Shown: positions 10,381 through 21,095, counted from the stretch's first letter. The stretch: 64,000 nucleotides of DNA from an uncultured Candidatus Saccharibacteria bacterium (GCA_964610055.1 CAZSUC010000001.1:588977-652976), one strand, 5' to 3'. Made by a program: numbers and translations. The notes: a model not told the origin generated them from the sequence alone.

Positions 10381-11436
10381 CTATTCGTCTTTAATCATGT
10401 CCCAACTTAAAGGCTGTCCTTTTTTTAAAGTATACTTTGCTTTCCTACCTAGAACATCAGACCAATATTTCGGATGCATCCCAAATCCTGGCCGAATTGA
10501 CCGAATATTTGATTCGGTAAGACTCTCTCCTTCATTCACATCCTCTGTCACAAACAAGGAACGAGAGTGTTCCCGACTTTTCTTAGCCCTATTAGTCAAC
10601 ACAAAAGACCTTGTCCCCAAAGATTTTTCAATATTTCGAACTGCTTGCGACATCGCCTTAAATTCTTTCGGATCCAAAGAGAACATAGCATCTGGGCCAC
10701 CCAGATCCTTATCTAAAATAAAATGCTTCTCTATTATTTTTGCTCCCAACGCTGTTGCCGCCACTGGCATCTCAATTCCTAATGTATGATCAGACAAACC
10801 AACCACAGTCTGGTAGATCGCTTCTATTTCTGGCATTCCTCTTAAGTTTACCTCTTCTAAAGGAGTTGGATATGCGGATGTACATTTTAATAAAGCTATT
10901 TCATTATTACCCGCTTCTTTTATGGTTTGTACCGCTAAATCAATATCTTCTTTCATAGCCACGCCAGTTGATAATATTACTGGCTTATTCTTCTGTGCTA
11001 TATATCTAATTAACGGAATATCAGTAATTTCAAAAGAAGCAACTTTATAAGCCGGTACATCCATCTTTTCTAAAAAATCAACTGCCGTTTTATCAAACGG
11101 ACTAGAAAAACATACCAACCCCACGCTCTCTGCTACCTCTTTCAGTTTTGGCTGCCAATCCCACGGCGTATACGCCTTTTCATATAACTTATATAAGGTT
11201 GTACCATCCCATATGGTTCCTTGGTTAATTTGGAAATATTCGTTATCACAGTCTATCGTGATGGTATCAGGTGTATACGTTTGTAACTTGATCGCATCCG
11301 CCCCAGCATCTTTTGCTGCTTTTATAGTTGCTACTGCAACGTCAAAATCCTGATTATGATTTGCTGACAGCTCAGCAATAATAAAAACTGGACATTCTGT
11401 CCCAATCTTACGTTTAGCAATATTCATGACTGCCAT
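10381..11436 (-). CDS. pseI: Pseudaminic acid / N-acetylneuraminate-type nonulosonate synthase (NeuB family)
   Basis: PVFIIAELSANHNQDFDVAVATIKAAKDAGADAIKLQTY is the NeuB/PseI/SpsE signature. The C-terminal SAF-like domain reads ...GESLTESNIRSIRPGFGMHP. Confidence 0.85.
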   Translation of the reverse strand: MAVMNIAKRKIGTECPVFIIAELSANHNQDFDVAVATIKAAKDAGADAIKLQTYTPDTITIDCDNEYFQINQGTIWDGTTLYKLYEKAYTPWDWQPKLKEVAESVGLVCFSSPFDKTAVDFLEKMDVPAYKVASFEITDIPLIRYIAQKNKPVILSTGVAMKEDIDLAVQTIKEAGNNEIALLKCTSAYPTPLEEVNLRGMPEIEAIYQTVVGLSDHTLGIEMPVAATALGAKIIEKHFILDKDLGGPDAMFSLDPKEFKAMSQAVRNIEKSLGTRSFVLTNRAKKSREHSRSLFVTEDVNEGESLTESNIRSIRPGFGMHPKYWSDVLGRKAKYTLKKGQPLSWDMIKDE

Positions 11437-12056
11437 ACTTTTATCTTATTAAGAATCTTATACGCGTCATCATTGTCCATCACATTCTTAATGTGCACCG
11501 CCTCTATACTAACATTCATAGCACCTTTAATATCAGCTTCCCAGTCATCCCCTATAACTAAGGCCTCTGATGGATCAACATTAAACCTTTCCAACGCTTC
11601 CAGGAAATACTTCTGATGTGGTTTTGCGTACTGCAACCCATCCAACTGAGAGTATAAAATTAGGTCAAAATAATTCTCCAGACCTAAAGCTTCAACTTTC
11701 CGTGCCTGCACATTCGGCCACCCATTCGTAATCAAACAAAGCTGATGATCCACACCCAACCTGCCTAATAACTCAACTACTTGCTCGGACATTCGTATAT
11801 CTGGCACATGAGAACGATATACATTAATTAATTCCGGCACCACCCCTGCCCCTAAAGCAAACTTCTGTACTAAAGTTTCAATGTTCTTTCCGCGTCCATT
11901 CCTAATAAACGACTCTAATAACAATCTATACGCTTCAAAATAGCTCTTGTTGAATTTATGTTGAACATATTTCGCTACCGTTTTAAATCCACTGATAACA
12001 TAGTCACCTTCAGCATATAGAGTATTATCCAGATCAAAAATTAATAATTTAATCAT
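11424..12056 (-). CDS. HAD-superfamily hydrolase
   Basis: Carries the N-terminal LLIFDLDNTLY motif (DxDxT motif I) and a C-terminal GDDWEADIKGA motif. Confidence 0.8.
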   Translation of the reverse strand: MIKLLIFDLDNTLYAEGDYVISGFKTVAKYVQHKFNKSYFEAYRLLLESFIRNGRGKNIETLVQKFALGAGVVPELINVYRSHVPDIRMSEQVVELLGRLGVDHQLCLITNGWPNVQARKVEALGLENYFDLILYSQLDGLQYAKPHQKYFLEALERFNVDPSEALVIGDDWEADIKGAMNVSIEAVHIKNVMDNDDAYKILNKIKVWQS

Positions 12057-13027
12057 ACCTTAGACACTTCGGCATCTTCTAAAAATAAATCCTGACTAAA
12101 TCGCATCATTATTAACCCTGGTTTAAAACCCTGATAACTAACAGGTAAGTTACGCAATAAGCGCAGAATAAAAACAGGTGTGTTAGCCCCAGACGCAAAA
12201 GACAGACTGCTTCCGCCTCCGTACCGCGGATTAATCTCTAGAAGTTTCACTGACCCATCGCTCAGCTTAAAACACTGCAGTACGTTATGCCCAATGAGCT
12301 GCAACTTCTCTCCAACTGCTCTCGCCAATTCCAGCACTTCCTTATCATCCACCGTCACCCCAACTTTCGATTCCCCGTCTTCAACCAGCAGTCTCACTCG
12401 CGGCACAATACTAATAACCTTACCTTGCCAATCAGAAAAATAATCGACTGAATACTCGACCCCCACCACTTGTTCCTGAAAAAGGGGATTTGAAACCAGC
12501 TTTAAAGCCATGTCCATTTCTTCTGGATTCGACACCAATTGCACCCCTCTGCTCCCCGCCCCCCAACGCTCTTTGACTATACAAGGAAAATTTGTAACTT
12601 CTGCCTTATCCAACCAAGTTTGGATAAATGGAAAATGGTTCCGCACTAAAAATTTAAAAAAAGCATATTTATCATTGCAGACTGTCGCCGTTTCATATGA
12701 TGGAGCCACAACTTTTACTCCTGCCTGATCGAATGTTTTTTGGTTCTTTGCTAGATACAAGACATCACTATCCCGTGTTGGCACCACTAAACTTATATTA
12801 TTTTTCTTACAAGTTTCGATAATATATTCGTCAAATCTAGGATCATCTAAACGAGGAGAAACATCAAACGCATCGCATGCATACAAGCCCGCGGAATAAG
12901 GGTTAATATCAAGACCAATTACCTTGCCAATCACATTTTCGTGCTTTAGAGCGTCCTTAAACGAGTTCACCAGCGTAACTTTATTACTTACACTCGTAAT
13001 TAGAATATTAATCTGCGCATCCTTCAT
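12053..13027 (-). CDS. ATP-grasp domain protein
   Basis: PCIVKERWGAGSRGV ... LLEINPRYGGG are typical ATP-grasp segments. It overlaps both neighbours, consistent with an operon. Confidence 0.8.
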   Translation of the reverse strand: MKDAQINILITSVSNKVTLVNSFKDALKHENVIGKVIGLDINPYSAGLYACDAFDVSPRLDDPRFDEYIIETCKKNNISLVVPTRDSDVLYLAKNQKTFDQAGVKVVAPSYETATVCNDKYAFFKFLVRNHFPFIQTWLDKAEVTNFPCIVKERWGAGSRGVQLVSNPEEMDMALKLVSNPLFQEQVVGVEYSVDYFSDWQGKVISIVPRVRLLVEDGESKVGVTVDDKEVLELARAVGEKLQLIGHNVLQCFKLSDGSVKLLEINPRYGGGSSLSFASGANTPVFILRLLRNLPVSYQGFKPGLIMMRFSQDLFLEDAEVSKV

Positions 13028-13547
13028 ACTCTCTTCTTAGCATAGCGTGTAAAACACTGTCGTAATAATGCCCTTTTTTGTATACATTCTCCCTGAGAAC
13101 ACCTTCTTTTCTAAAACCGATCTTCTCTAAAGCTAATATTATCCGTTTTCTAAAAACATAAGTCTCAGTAACAACTCGGTTCATATTCATATCGCCAAAC
13201 CCTACATTTAACATGTGTTTTACAAATCCAGTGAATATCCCTAAAAATTCCTCGTCTGACTCCGACAATTTCGGATCCAACAAAAACGAAATCTCTCCTT
13301 TTTGGCTCACATAATCAACATGCACCAACCCTCCGTAACCAATCAGATCTCCAGTTTCATCAACAATCGCCAGCAGCCTTTCTTGATTACCGAAACTGAT
13401 TCTTTCCCAATACCGATCCTGGTCATCATTTGTTAATTTTTGATTTTGCCGCAGAATATCCATCTGCTTGTTCCTCCAATCCTTAATCAGTGACAAATCC
13501 TGCCTTCTCAATTCTCGAATTCCGTAATCTTTATAAATATTTTGCAT
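13008..13547 (-). CDS. GNAT N-acetyltransferase, PseH-like
   Basis: 179 aa. The N-terminal IRELRRQDLSLIKDWRNKQ...DRYWERI pattern is typical of PseH-type GNATs, and the gene sits between a cytidylyltransferase and an ATP-grasp gene in a pse-type cluster. Confidence 0.7.
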   Translation of the reverse strand: MQNIYKDYGIRELRRQDLSLIKDWRNKQMDILRQNQKLTNDDQDRYWERISFGNQERLLAIVDETGDLIGYGGLVHVDYVSQKGEISFLLDPKLSESDEEFLGIFTGFVKHMLNVGFGDMNMNRVVTETYVFRKRIILALEKIGFRKEGVLRENVYKKGHYYDSVLHAMLRREYEGCAD

Positions 13548-13548
13548 A

Positions 13549-14301
13549 CTATATCCTGTAAACCACTGGAGTATAAGCCACTTCTTGAAGAGAGGTTGTT
13601 TTTTGCTTCACTTCACAATTGACTGTTAATAGCCCGTGATTTTCCTTAAGATAATATACAATATTTTCGAACGTTAAAGATTTAACATTTTGCATAACGA
13701 TGCGAACTAGCCGGTAATCATCTTTCGTATCTAAGGTTAATCGCATCTCAGAAAAATCGCGGTTGCACACTAACGCTCCAGCGTTTACTTTATTTCTCCT
13801 GCTTCTCATATACAAAGTCACATGCTCTCGCTCTGCTTGTGTCCTGGCGTTCTGGCATGCCTGCTCTAACAACTCAAAAGAAAAAACCTCTGCGTCAAAC
13901 CCTCTTGGAAACGTCTCCGTATCAATTCTAGCATAAGCAAATTTATTTTTCTGAAACGCTTTATATAGCGCTTGAATCAAAGATGAATCCACCAAAGGAC
14001 AATCAGCAGTTATCCGAATTATGACATCATACCCACCCTCTTTAGAACACTTATAGAACCTCTCCAAAACGTCCGTTTCCGACCCCCTAAAACACTTCAC
14101 TCCATTACCTTTACACAAATCAAATATTACATCGTCCTGTCGCTGGTCAGAAGTTGCTACAATCACTTCTCCTAAATCGGCTATCTGCATCCTTCTAACC
14201 ACATGCATTAATACCGGCACGCCTTCCAGATCCAGCATAACCTTGCCCGGCAAACGAGTTGACCCCATTCTGGCCTGAATAATAATAGCTGGATTATTCA
14301 T
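13549..14301 (-). CDS. Nonulosonate cytidylyltransferase (SpsF/PseF-like, CTP_transf_3-type)
   Basis: N-terminal AIIIQARMGSTRLPGKVMLDLEGVPVL matches the SpsF/acylneuraminate cytidylyltransferase-family signature. Confidence 0.75.
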   Translation of the reverse strand: MNNPAIIIQARMGSTRLPGKVMLDLEGVPVLMHVVRRMQIADLGEVIVATSDQRQDDVIFDLCKGNGVKCFRGSETDVLERFYKCSKEGGYDVIIRITADCPLVDSSLIQALYKAFQKNKFAYARIDTETFPRGFDAEVFSFELLEQACQNARTQAEREHVTLYMRSRRNKVNAGALVCNRDFSEMRLTLDTKDDYRLVRIVMQNVKSLTFENIVYYLKENHGLLTVNCEVKQKTTSLQEVAYTPVVYRI

Positions 14302-15422
14302 TTTTTCTTTAAAAACTGTCGAACTAACCTGATAACTATATCCTGATCCTTTACCGATAAAGATGGGTACATTGGCAGACTCATGATTGTACTATAAAAC
14401 TTTTCTGCCTTAGGACATTGACCCTTCTTATAACCTTTCTTCTGATAGTAAGGATGCCAATATACCGGTATGTAGTGAACTTGGGTCATCACTCCATAAT
14501 CATGCAAAAAATCATATAATTTCCGTCTCACTATGTCATCTTTAAGTCTAATGACGTACAAATGGTAAGCGTGCTCTACGTCCCGGCTTAACGGCAGAAC
14601 CTGTAGACCTTTCAGTCCCAAAAAAGACTTATCATACCGCCGAGCAAGCATTCTTCGTCTTTCAATAAAAAAACTTATTTTATTCAACTGACTAGCACCT
14701 AAAGCAGACTGGATATCAGTCATTCTATAATTAAAACCCAAATCTACCATTTCATAACACCAAGGATCATATAGTCTATCTTCATTCTTCTGAATACCAT
14801 GGCTTCTTAACCGCAACAATTTTTGATACAAATCATCGGAATTAGTTGTTATCATACCGCCCTCACCAGTTGTAATATGCTTAACCGGATGGAAGCTAAA
14901 AACTGACATGTCAGAATACTTACAACTTCCCACTCGGCTTCCTTTATACTCTGCCCCCAATGCATGACACGCATCCTCAATTACGATTAGTCCTTGCTTT
15001 TTCGCAACCCTACTAATTTTTTCCATATTACATACCGAACCAGCGTAATGCACCGGTATAATTACTTGAGTTTTTTTAGTCACCTGGCCCAATACCAGGT
15101 TTTCATCAAGTAACCCATTAGCCTTAATATCAACAAAAACAGGCTTAGCCCCGCAATACCACGCACAATTTGCAGAAGCGACAAACGTCATCGGTGATGT
15201 TATTAATTCTTCTCCCCTTTTTAATCCGGAAGCCAGGCAAGCTAAATGCAAAGCCGCGGTCCCCGAAGATACAGCAACGGCATATTTTGCGCCAACATAC
15301 TGACTAAAGAGATTTTCAAATTCTACTACTTGCGGACCACTTGTAAGCCAATCTGACTTTAAAACATTAGCCACAGCTTCTACGTCCTTATTATCCACAA
15401 ACTGATGTCCGTACGATATCAT
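14298..15422 (-). CDS. pseC: DegT/DnrJ/EryC1-family PLP aminotransferase (PseC-like)
   Basis: Contains MISYGHQFVDNKDVEAVANVLKSDWLTSGPQVVEFE and SVFSFHPVKHITTGEGG (PLP lysine region). 374 aa. Confidence 0.85.
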   Translation of the reverse strand: MISYGHQFVDNKDVEAVANVLKSDWLTSGPQVVEFENLFSQYVGAKYAVAVSSGTAALHLACLASGLKRGEELITSPMTFVASANCAWYCGAKPVFVDIKANGLLDENLVLGQVTKKTQVIIPVHYAGSVCNMEKISRVAKKQGLIVIEDACHALGAEYKGSRVGSCKYSDMSVFSFHPVKHITTGEGGMITTNSDDLYQKLLRLRSHGIQKNEDRLYDPWCYEMVDLGFNYRMTDIQSALGASQLNKISFFIERRRMLARRYDKSFLGLKGLQVLPLSRDVEHAYHLYVIRLKDDIVRRKLYDFLHDYGVMTQVHYIPVYWHPYYQKKGYKKGQCPKAEKFYSTIMSLPMYPSLSVKDQDIVIRLVRQFLKKK

Positions 15423-16444
15423 CTTAACAACCCCAAAGAGTTAAATAGCTTTATAACCTCTTTTTTTGAAATTACCGCATCCCGCGAACTGTATTGTTCC
15501 ATTACTTTTTCGTCTAACAATTTTCCTTGCCTCATATAAGCCGGACGCGTCTTCCCGGATTGAGCTTGTATACAAGAACTAATCACATACAAATTCTTAA
15601 AATCATAAGTCCTTGGAACTTCGGCAGAATTAATCATCAGCTCATGAATCTTTTCACCAGGTCTTAACCCGATTTTTTTAATCTTACTGTTAGCCTGATA
15701 TCGCTCTGTCAGTATTTCAATTAAATCCGTAACTTTAAAAGACGGCAATTTTGGAATAAACACTTCTCCGCCCACCCCATACCTCAGAGCATCAAATATT
15801 AAATTGACAGCTTGCTTAGGGCTAATAATAAAGCGTGTCATTCGCGAATCCGTCAAAGGAATGCTTTCACCTTGCATAATCTTCTCTGTAAAAAACGGAA
15901 TTACAGATCCTGTGCTTTCTAAAACATTACCATATCTAACCGTAGTAAACACGGTTTTAATGTCCCCCTTACTATAATTACTCTCACTAAAGATCCTCTC
16001 ACTCACAAATTTGCACGCCCCATAAGTATTAACCGGAGCACACGCCTTATCGCTAGAAATAAATACAGCCTTTTGAACACGATTATGCAAACAAGCGTCA
16101 ACTACATTTAACGTTCCAATAATATTAGTCTTAATTGACTCTTCCACGTTATATTCCAGTAAATCAAGTCGTTTGAGAGCAGCTGCATGTATCACGATAT
16201 CAGCCTGCCTCGTTGCTCTTATCAGCCTCTCTCGATCGCGAATATCTCCTAGTAAATGACGAATCTTATTATTATGCTTAAACAATTCTTGAAGATGGTG
16301 GTGCTTTACTTCGTCACGGCTAAACACACGAACGCTATGCGGCCCCTTTTTTAATATCTCTGTCACTAACGAGCGCCCTAAATATCCAGTACCCCCAGTA
16401 ATTAATATTGTTTTACCCTGAAACATATTGGTTTTCTTTGCCAT
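15419..16444 (-). CDS. pseB: UDP-N-acetylglucosamine 4,6-dehydratase (PseB/FlaA1/CapD-like)
   Basis: Contains GKTILITGGTGYLGRS, HAAALK, YGACK and VRYGNVLESTGSVIPFF...LTDSRMTRF. By recall it aligns closely with Helicobacter FlaA1/PseB. Confidence 0.85.
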   Translation of the reverse strand: MAKKTNMFQGKTILITGGTGYLGRSLVTEILKKGPHSVRVFSRDEVKHHHLQELFKHNNKIRHLLGDIRDRERLIRATRQADIVIHAAALKRLDLLEYNVEESIKTNIIGTLNVVDACLHNRVQKAVFISSDKACAPVNTYGACKFVSERIFSESNYSKGDIKTVFTTVRYGNVLESTGSVIPFFTEKIMQGESIPLTDSRMTRFIISPKQAVNLIFDALRYGVGGEVFIPKLPSFKVTDLIEILTERYQANSKIKKIGLRPGEKIHELMINSAEVPRTYDFKNLYVISSCIQAQSGKTRPAYMRQGKLLDEKVMEQYSSRDAVISKKEVIKLFNSLGLLR

Positions 16445-16550
16445 ATATCACCTAAACTTACTATGCTTATACTGCCCTAAAAAGTAAATTTTGCAGCTAC
16501 TTAATATAAACCCATCCTGAATTTATTGACAACAAAATGTATACCACTAT

Positions 16551-17762
16551 ATGTCAAATAATATAGGTTTTGTCATATCCCGTTCTGCCGAATTAAAAGT
16601 ATATGCCCCCCTTGCCAGCGCTGCTTTAGCCAAAGGATATAAAGTTTTTTTAATATGCGGCCCAAACCCTGAACAATCATGGCCCAATACACCTACATAC
16701 AAACCCATTAAAGCCAACTTAAGGTTTCAGGATGACCAGCACATTCAATATATTCCGTATTCTGACTACAAAGATGCACACCACCAAATTATAACGCACC
16801 GGATTAAAAATATTTTTACCCTTGGCTTCCGTCCCGGTTCTTTGACTTATTATCTTGGCCACCAAATCTCACAAAAATTCCGTCTCTACGGGCTCCAGTC
16901 TTATGCCGATTACTTGGCTACTCCTCCGGAATTAATGCAAAAGTTTGACGCTTTTTTCACTTTCAGCCCAATCATGAAAGACATATATCAAAAAGTTTAT
17001 CCCAAAGCGTCTATGGCAAGTCTAAACAGCGTCTTTCAAGCTGTCGGCAATCCCATGACTGAAAACATTAACACACTTCAACAACACTCTGCCGATATCC
17101 GCTCAAAATACAGCCTGCCTAGCAACAAAAAGATTGTATTATTGTTATCCTTTAACATCGGTAACGAATTATGGAGAAAATATGTTTTTGGTTCACCCAA
17201 CTGGCTATATTCTCTTGCTGCCCTAATCTACTTTCACGAATACTCTAAGATACCTTTAATCTGGTCTCAACCCAAGCTCAAGCGTATCCTAGCCGAACTT
17301 AAGCAATGGACCCGACAAAACAACGCGATTCTTGTCACCAAAACCCGGTCCAAACAAAACGAGCCCTCTTACCTCAAACGCACAACTGATTATCTTATTA
17401 CAGACACCGGATCTTGGCTGCCCTATCCTGCCCTGGAACTCATGTCTATTTCTGATTTGGTGGTCAGCTTTAACAGCACCGGAATCATTGAATCATCCGC
17501 ACTAGGCAAATTCATGCTTTCTATAAAATTAACTGACGATAAAACCACGTCAATTGGAGACACGTTTACTCGTACAATTTATCGCCCCTCAAACGTTAGT
17601 CAAACTGTGGACTACTATGACTTTCAAAAATTTCTATCATCACACGCCTTATCAGACTTTACCAAACAATCATCTGAATTTGCGCTCTATAACAACACCT
17701 TTATTAGCAAAAATACCACCCCCGCATCGCATCAAATTCTTGATTACTTAAATCAACATTAA
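16551..17762 (+). CDS. GT-B-fold protein, possible PseG/SpsG-like nucleotide-sugar hydrolase or transferase
   Basis: 403 aa. The C-terminal LMSISDLVVSFNSTGIIESSALGKFMLSI resembles the MurG/PseG-type (Glyco_tran_28_C-like) segment. It is divergent from pseB. The functional call is weak. Confidence 0.5.
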   Translation: MSNNIGFVISRSAELKVYAPLASAALAKGYKVFLICGPNPEQSWPNTPTYKPIKANLRFQDDQHIQYIPYSDYKDAHHQIITHRIKNIFTLGFRPGSLTYYLGHQISQKFRLYGLQSYADYLATPPELMQKFDAFFTFSPIMKDIYQKVYPKASMASLNSVFQAVGNPMTENINTLQQHSADIRSKYSLPSNKKIVLLLSFNIGNELWRKYVFGSPNWLYSLAALIYFHEYSKIPLIWSQPKLKRILAELKQWTRQNNAILVTKTRSKQNEPSYLKRTTDYLITDTGSWLPYPALELMSISDLVVSFNSTGIIESSALGKFMLSIKLTDDKTTSIGDTFTRTIYRPSNVSQTVDYYDFQKFLSSHALSDFTKQSSEFALYNNTFISKNTTPASHQILDYLNQH

Positions 17763-17765
17763 GAC

Positions 17766-19655
17766 TTATTCACCGAATGACATCTGCTGTGTTAACAACA
17801 TCTGATAGTACTGCCCTCTTTTTCGTAGTAGCTCTTCCGACGAACCAAACTCAATTATTCTACCCTTACTTATAACTGCTATAATATCAGCCTGAGTTAC
17901 CGTCGACAGCCGATGAGCGATTATAATTGTAGTTTTTTTATGGCTCAAAGCGTTGATTGCCTGCTGCACCTCGTGCTCTGACTTACTGTCCAGAGCACTT
18001 GTTGCTTCATCAAAGACCATTACCTGTGGATCACGTACCAGAGCCCGTGCAATTGCTATCCTCTGTCTCTGCCCTCCAGACAACCGCACTCCTCTATCAC
18101 CAATCACCGTGTCATATCCATCCGCTAAATGACTGATAAACCCATGCGCGTTAGCCGCAACCGCCGCCTTCCGAATCTTGTCTATAGGACATTCTCGTGA
18201 TGCACCATAAGCAATGTTCTGCCCGACGGTATCATGAAACAAAAACACGTCCTGACTCACCACTCCAAACAGATTACGATAACTCGCCTTTTCAAAATCT
18301 TTCACATCCACCCCATCAACCAAAATCCGGCCTTTTGTTGGATAATATAATCCTAAAATTATATCTACCAAAGTACTTTTCCCTGAACCACTTTCTCCTA
18401 CTAAAGCCAAAGTCTTTCCAGTCGGCAAGAACAGATCTATATCTCTCAGTACTAAGCCATCTCCATAGCTAAAACTCACCTTCTCAAACTTTATCCCATG
18501 CTTCACCACACTAACCCGCTTTACGCCTTTATCAGTTTCTTGAGGCTCATTCAAAAATGAATATACTCTCTCAGTTGAGGCCATGCCTTCTTTTATGCTA
18601 AACCAAACGCCTACTAAGATATTCACGGGCTGCTGGAACCTGGTTAGCACGACAAAAAACAGAATCAGCTCCGGTACCGACAACTCATTCCTTATAATCA
18701 AAACTCCCCCTAAAAACACCACGGCCCCCGATAACAACGCGCTTGTAATTTCTTTAAAACGGTTTGGCAATGCTTTGCTTGCTGCATTCAGAGCCTCTAA
18801 TCGACGCCATTCTTGTAAATACTGCCTCCAACGCGTATTTTCGTCTTGTGCACGGTTAAATATTTTCACCACCTTAATGCCACTTAACGTCTCCTGTATT
18901 ACAGATGTAACTGCCGCCTGCACAACCAATATTTTTCGTTTATTGCTTTTCATCCACTCGCCTATTCCAATGGAAAATACACTGATCAAAATCCCGACTG
19001 GAATCATAATTAAAACTAGCTTTGCATTAATGACTAATAAAACGACAAGTAAGCTCGCCGAAACAAAAAAATTAATCACTATGTTGGCCACACTTCCGGA
19101 AACCATCTGAATCACCCCTTCGATATCATTAGTCATGCGAGACAAAATCGTTCCACTCCGCTCCTTTACAAAATACTGGTATGGCAGCTTAACTAGATGC
19201 TCATAACACGTTGCTCTTAGTAAAGCGTTTCCGCCCGTTTGCACACGAATGAACAAGAAATCCACTCCAAAGCCAATTATTGCCGACAAAACAACCAGAC
19301 TAATTATAAACCCCACTAGCCGTATCAACTGAAACGACTTCGTCCCTTCCCCAGCAACCACCACATAAAAGTTATTAACAACACTTTTCACCCGACTCTC
19401 CCATTCGGACACTTTTTTAAAAGCCAAGGGCTCACCATACATTTCCGGATCACTACTACTACCAAGCCCGCTCACTTCTTCAGGAAACAAAGTTTGCACT
19501 ACAGGCAAAAAAGAGTAAGTGGCTACACTGCTAACTAAACTCAACATGATCGCCAAAACACTCGCCACCACTAACACCCGCCACTCCGGCAGAATATACC
19601 GTAATGCCCAGCCATATAAACAGATTTGTTTACGCTTGTCCATCCACTGCCACAC
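17766..19655 (-). CDS. ABC exporter, fused permease/ATPase (MsbA-like)
   Basis: Six-TM N-terminal half. Walker A GESGSGKST, ABC signature LSGGQRQR and Walker B VMVFDEATSALD are present. Confidence 0.9.
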   Translation of the reverse strand: MWQWMDKRKQICLYGWALRYILPEWRVLVVASVLAIMLSLVSSVATYSFLPVVQTLFPEEVSGLGSSSDPEMYGEPLAFKKVSEWESRVKSVVNNFYVVVAGEGTKSFQLIRLVGFIISLVVLSAIIGFGVDFLFIRVQTGGNALLRATCYEHLVKLPYQYFVKERSGTILSRMTNDIEGVIQMVSGSVANIVINFFVSASLLVVLLVINAKLVLIMIPVGILISVFSIGIGEWMKSNKRKILVVQAAVTSVIQETLSGIKVVKIFNRAQDENTRWRQYLQEWRRLEALNAASKALPNRFKEITSALLSGAVVFLGGVLIIRNELSVPELILFFVVLTRFQQPVNILVGVWFSIKEGMASTERVYSFLNEPQETDKGVKRVSVVKHGIKFEKVSFSYGDGLVLRDIDLFLPTGKTLALVGESGSGKSTLVDIILGLYYPTKGRILVDGVDVKDFEKASYRNLFGVVSQDVFLFHDTVGQNIAYGASRECPIDKIRKAAVAANAHGFISHLADGYDTVIGDRGVRLSGGQRQRIAIARALVRDPQVMVFDEATSALDSKSEHEVQQAINALSHKKTTIIIAHRLSTVTQADIIAVISKGRIIEFGSSEELLRKRGQYYQMLLTQQMSFGE

Positions 19656-19688
19656 TTAAAAACACATGATATTATTACAGTAGACGTT

Positions 19689-21095
19689 ATGCCTATACAT
19701 TACAAAGCCAACTGGCAATCTATTATTGCACTGATAGGAGCTACAGTAATTCTCCTTACCCTCACCCTCCAATATCCCTTCTCTGTTACTTTCCCTATAG
19801 GCGGAGATGCACCCTCATACATCACTTATACTAAAATGCTCCTTGGCGTTTTCCATAACCCCAACGATGCCTGGTACGCCCTTACTCACACCTGGTACCC
19901 ACTTGCATACTTTTACTTCGCCCCCTTCGCTTTAATTCCAATTAGCTGGCCCATGCGCTTCGTCTGGTGGGCCGCTACAGGATACGTCATTTCTGGAGCC
20001 GCTCTCGGCTGGCTAATTTACCGGATCGGGGGTTGGAAATATGCTGCCGCCAGTATCGCTCTCTGGGCACTCGTCCCGATTGCTGGCATGCGCCACTTTG
20101 AAGATGCCACCATCGCTCAACTCTGGAGCTATACCCCCTTCTTTTTATTTATTGAACGCTTTTACTCTAAAAAAACCATTGTCACCCTGATCCTACTGGT
20201 TATTACCTGCCTGAGCCACCCCATCACCGCCATCGTACTTCTCACCGGCATGTTTGCTTTTATTCCTGCTGGCATATATTCACATAAAGGATTCCAGCCC
20301 GCCGACAAACGCTTCACTATTATTATGGTTACAGCGGCATCGATCATGGCTCTCGCTGCATTGGCGGTTGTTATTAGTCGCGCTTCCGTATTTAACGTCG
20401 TTGTCGCTCTTCCTCAACCATCCGGAATATTTGATTACATGCGACCTAACTTCATTCCAATCGCTATGCTTGCTCCAATCGGGCTAATCTTCCTCCTAGA
20501 ACACTTGCGCAACAAACCTCACGCCTTACTTATGATGACCTGTATTATATTATCCAGTACATATTTTGGCCTTAACGGAATTTTCGGACACCACGTTTGG
20601 GAAGTTAGGTTCTACGCCTTCTTCGTCATGAGCCTCATTATATTAGCTTCCTTTTCCCTGCCTCATTTAGTCCACCATATATTTCCCTCTCACATTCTCG
20701 CTAGCGCATTTTTAGTTTGTTTTTTTAGCGTTATGGCCATCACTAATTGGTCCCAGGCTGCCTATGTTTATAACTTTTACGAATCGTCTAGTCGGTACGG
20801 ACGTCTGCACTCTGATGAAATTTCCGGTATCGAGTGGATGATTAACAACCTACCAAGCCACTCCAAAGTATATGTCACCAATACTACTCGACACTCGGAA
20901 TGGATCCAGGCGCTGACTGACTTCCAGGTTCAGTTCGTTGATGAGAATTCACTGACTAACGGTCTAATCCCTATCACAGAAGGCGCACAATATCATGCCT
21001 TCTTTACACATACTGAAAGTTTTCCAAAGGATCTTATCCAATACCCTATGATCTACCAGAACCAGGGGTTTAAAGTAATCCAACTCAATTCATGA
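19689..21095 (+). CDS. Polytopic membrane protein (possible glycan polymerase/GT-C-like)
   Basis: 468 aa from ATG 19689, with many hydrophobic helices. No named motif was found. Confidence 0.6.
   Translation: MPIHYKANWQSIIALIGATVILLTLTLQYPFSVTFPIGGDAPSYITYTKMLLGVFHNPNDAWYALTHTWYPLAYFYFAPFALIPISWPMRFVWWAATGYVISGAALGWLIYRIGGWKYAAASIALWALVPIAGMRHFEDATIAQLWSYTPFFLFIERFYSKKTIVTLILLVITCLSHPITAIVLLTGMFAFIPAGIYSHKGFQPADKRFTIIMVTAASIMALAALAVVISRASVFNVVVALPQPSGIFDYMRPNFIPIAMLAPIGLIFLLEHLRNKPHALLMMTCIILSSTYFGLNGIFGHHVWEVRFYAFFVMSLIILASFSLPHLVHHIFPSHILASAFLVCFFSVMAITNWSQAAYVYNFYESSSRYGRLHSDEISGIEWMINNLPSHSKVYVTNTTRHSEWIQALTDFQVQFVDENSLTNGLIPITEGAQYHAFFTHTESFPKDLIQYPMIYQNQGFKVIQLNS

Noticed and set aside
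16526-16554. TTGACA at 16526-16531 as the promoter for the 16551-17762 gene.
   Set aside because: Any -10 element at proper spacing overlaps the ATG itself. Transcription would then start inside the ORF, so this element is not supportable as the promoter of the annotated start.
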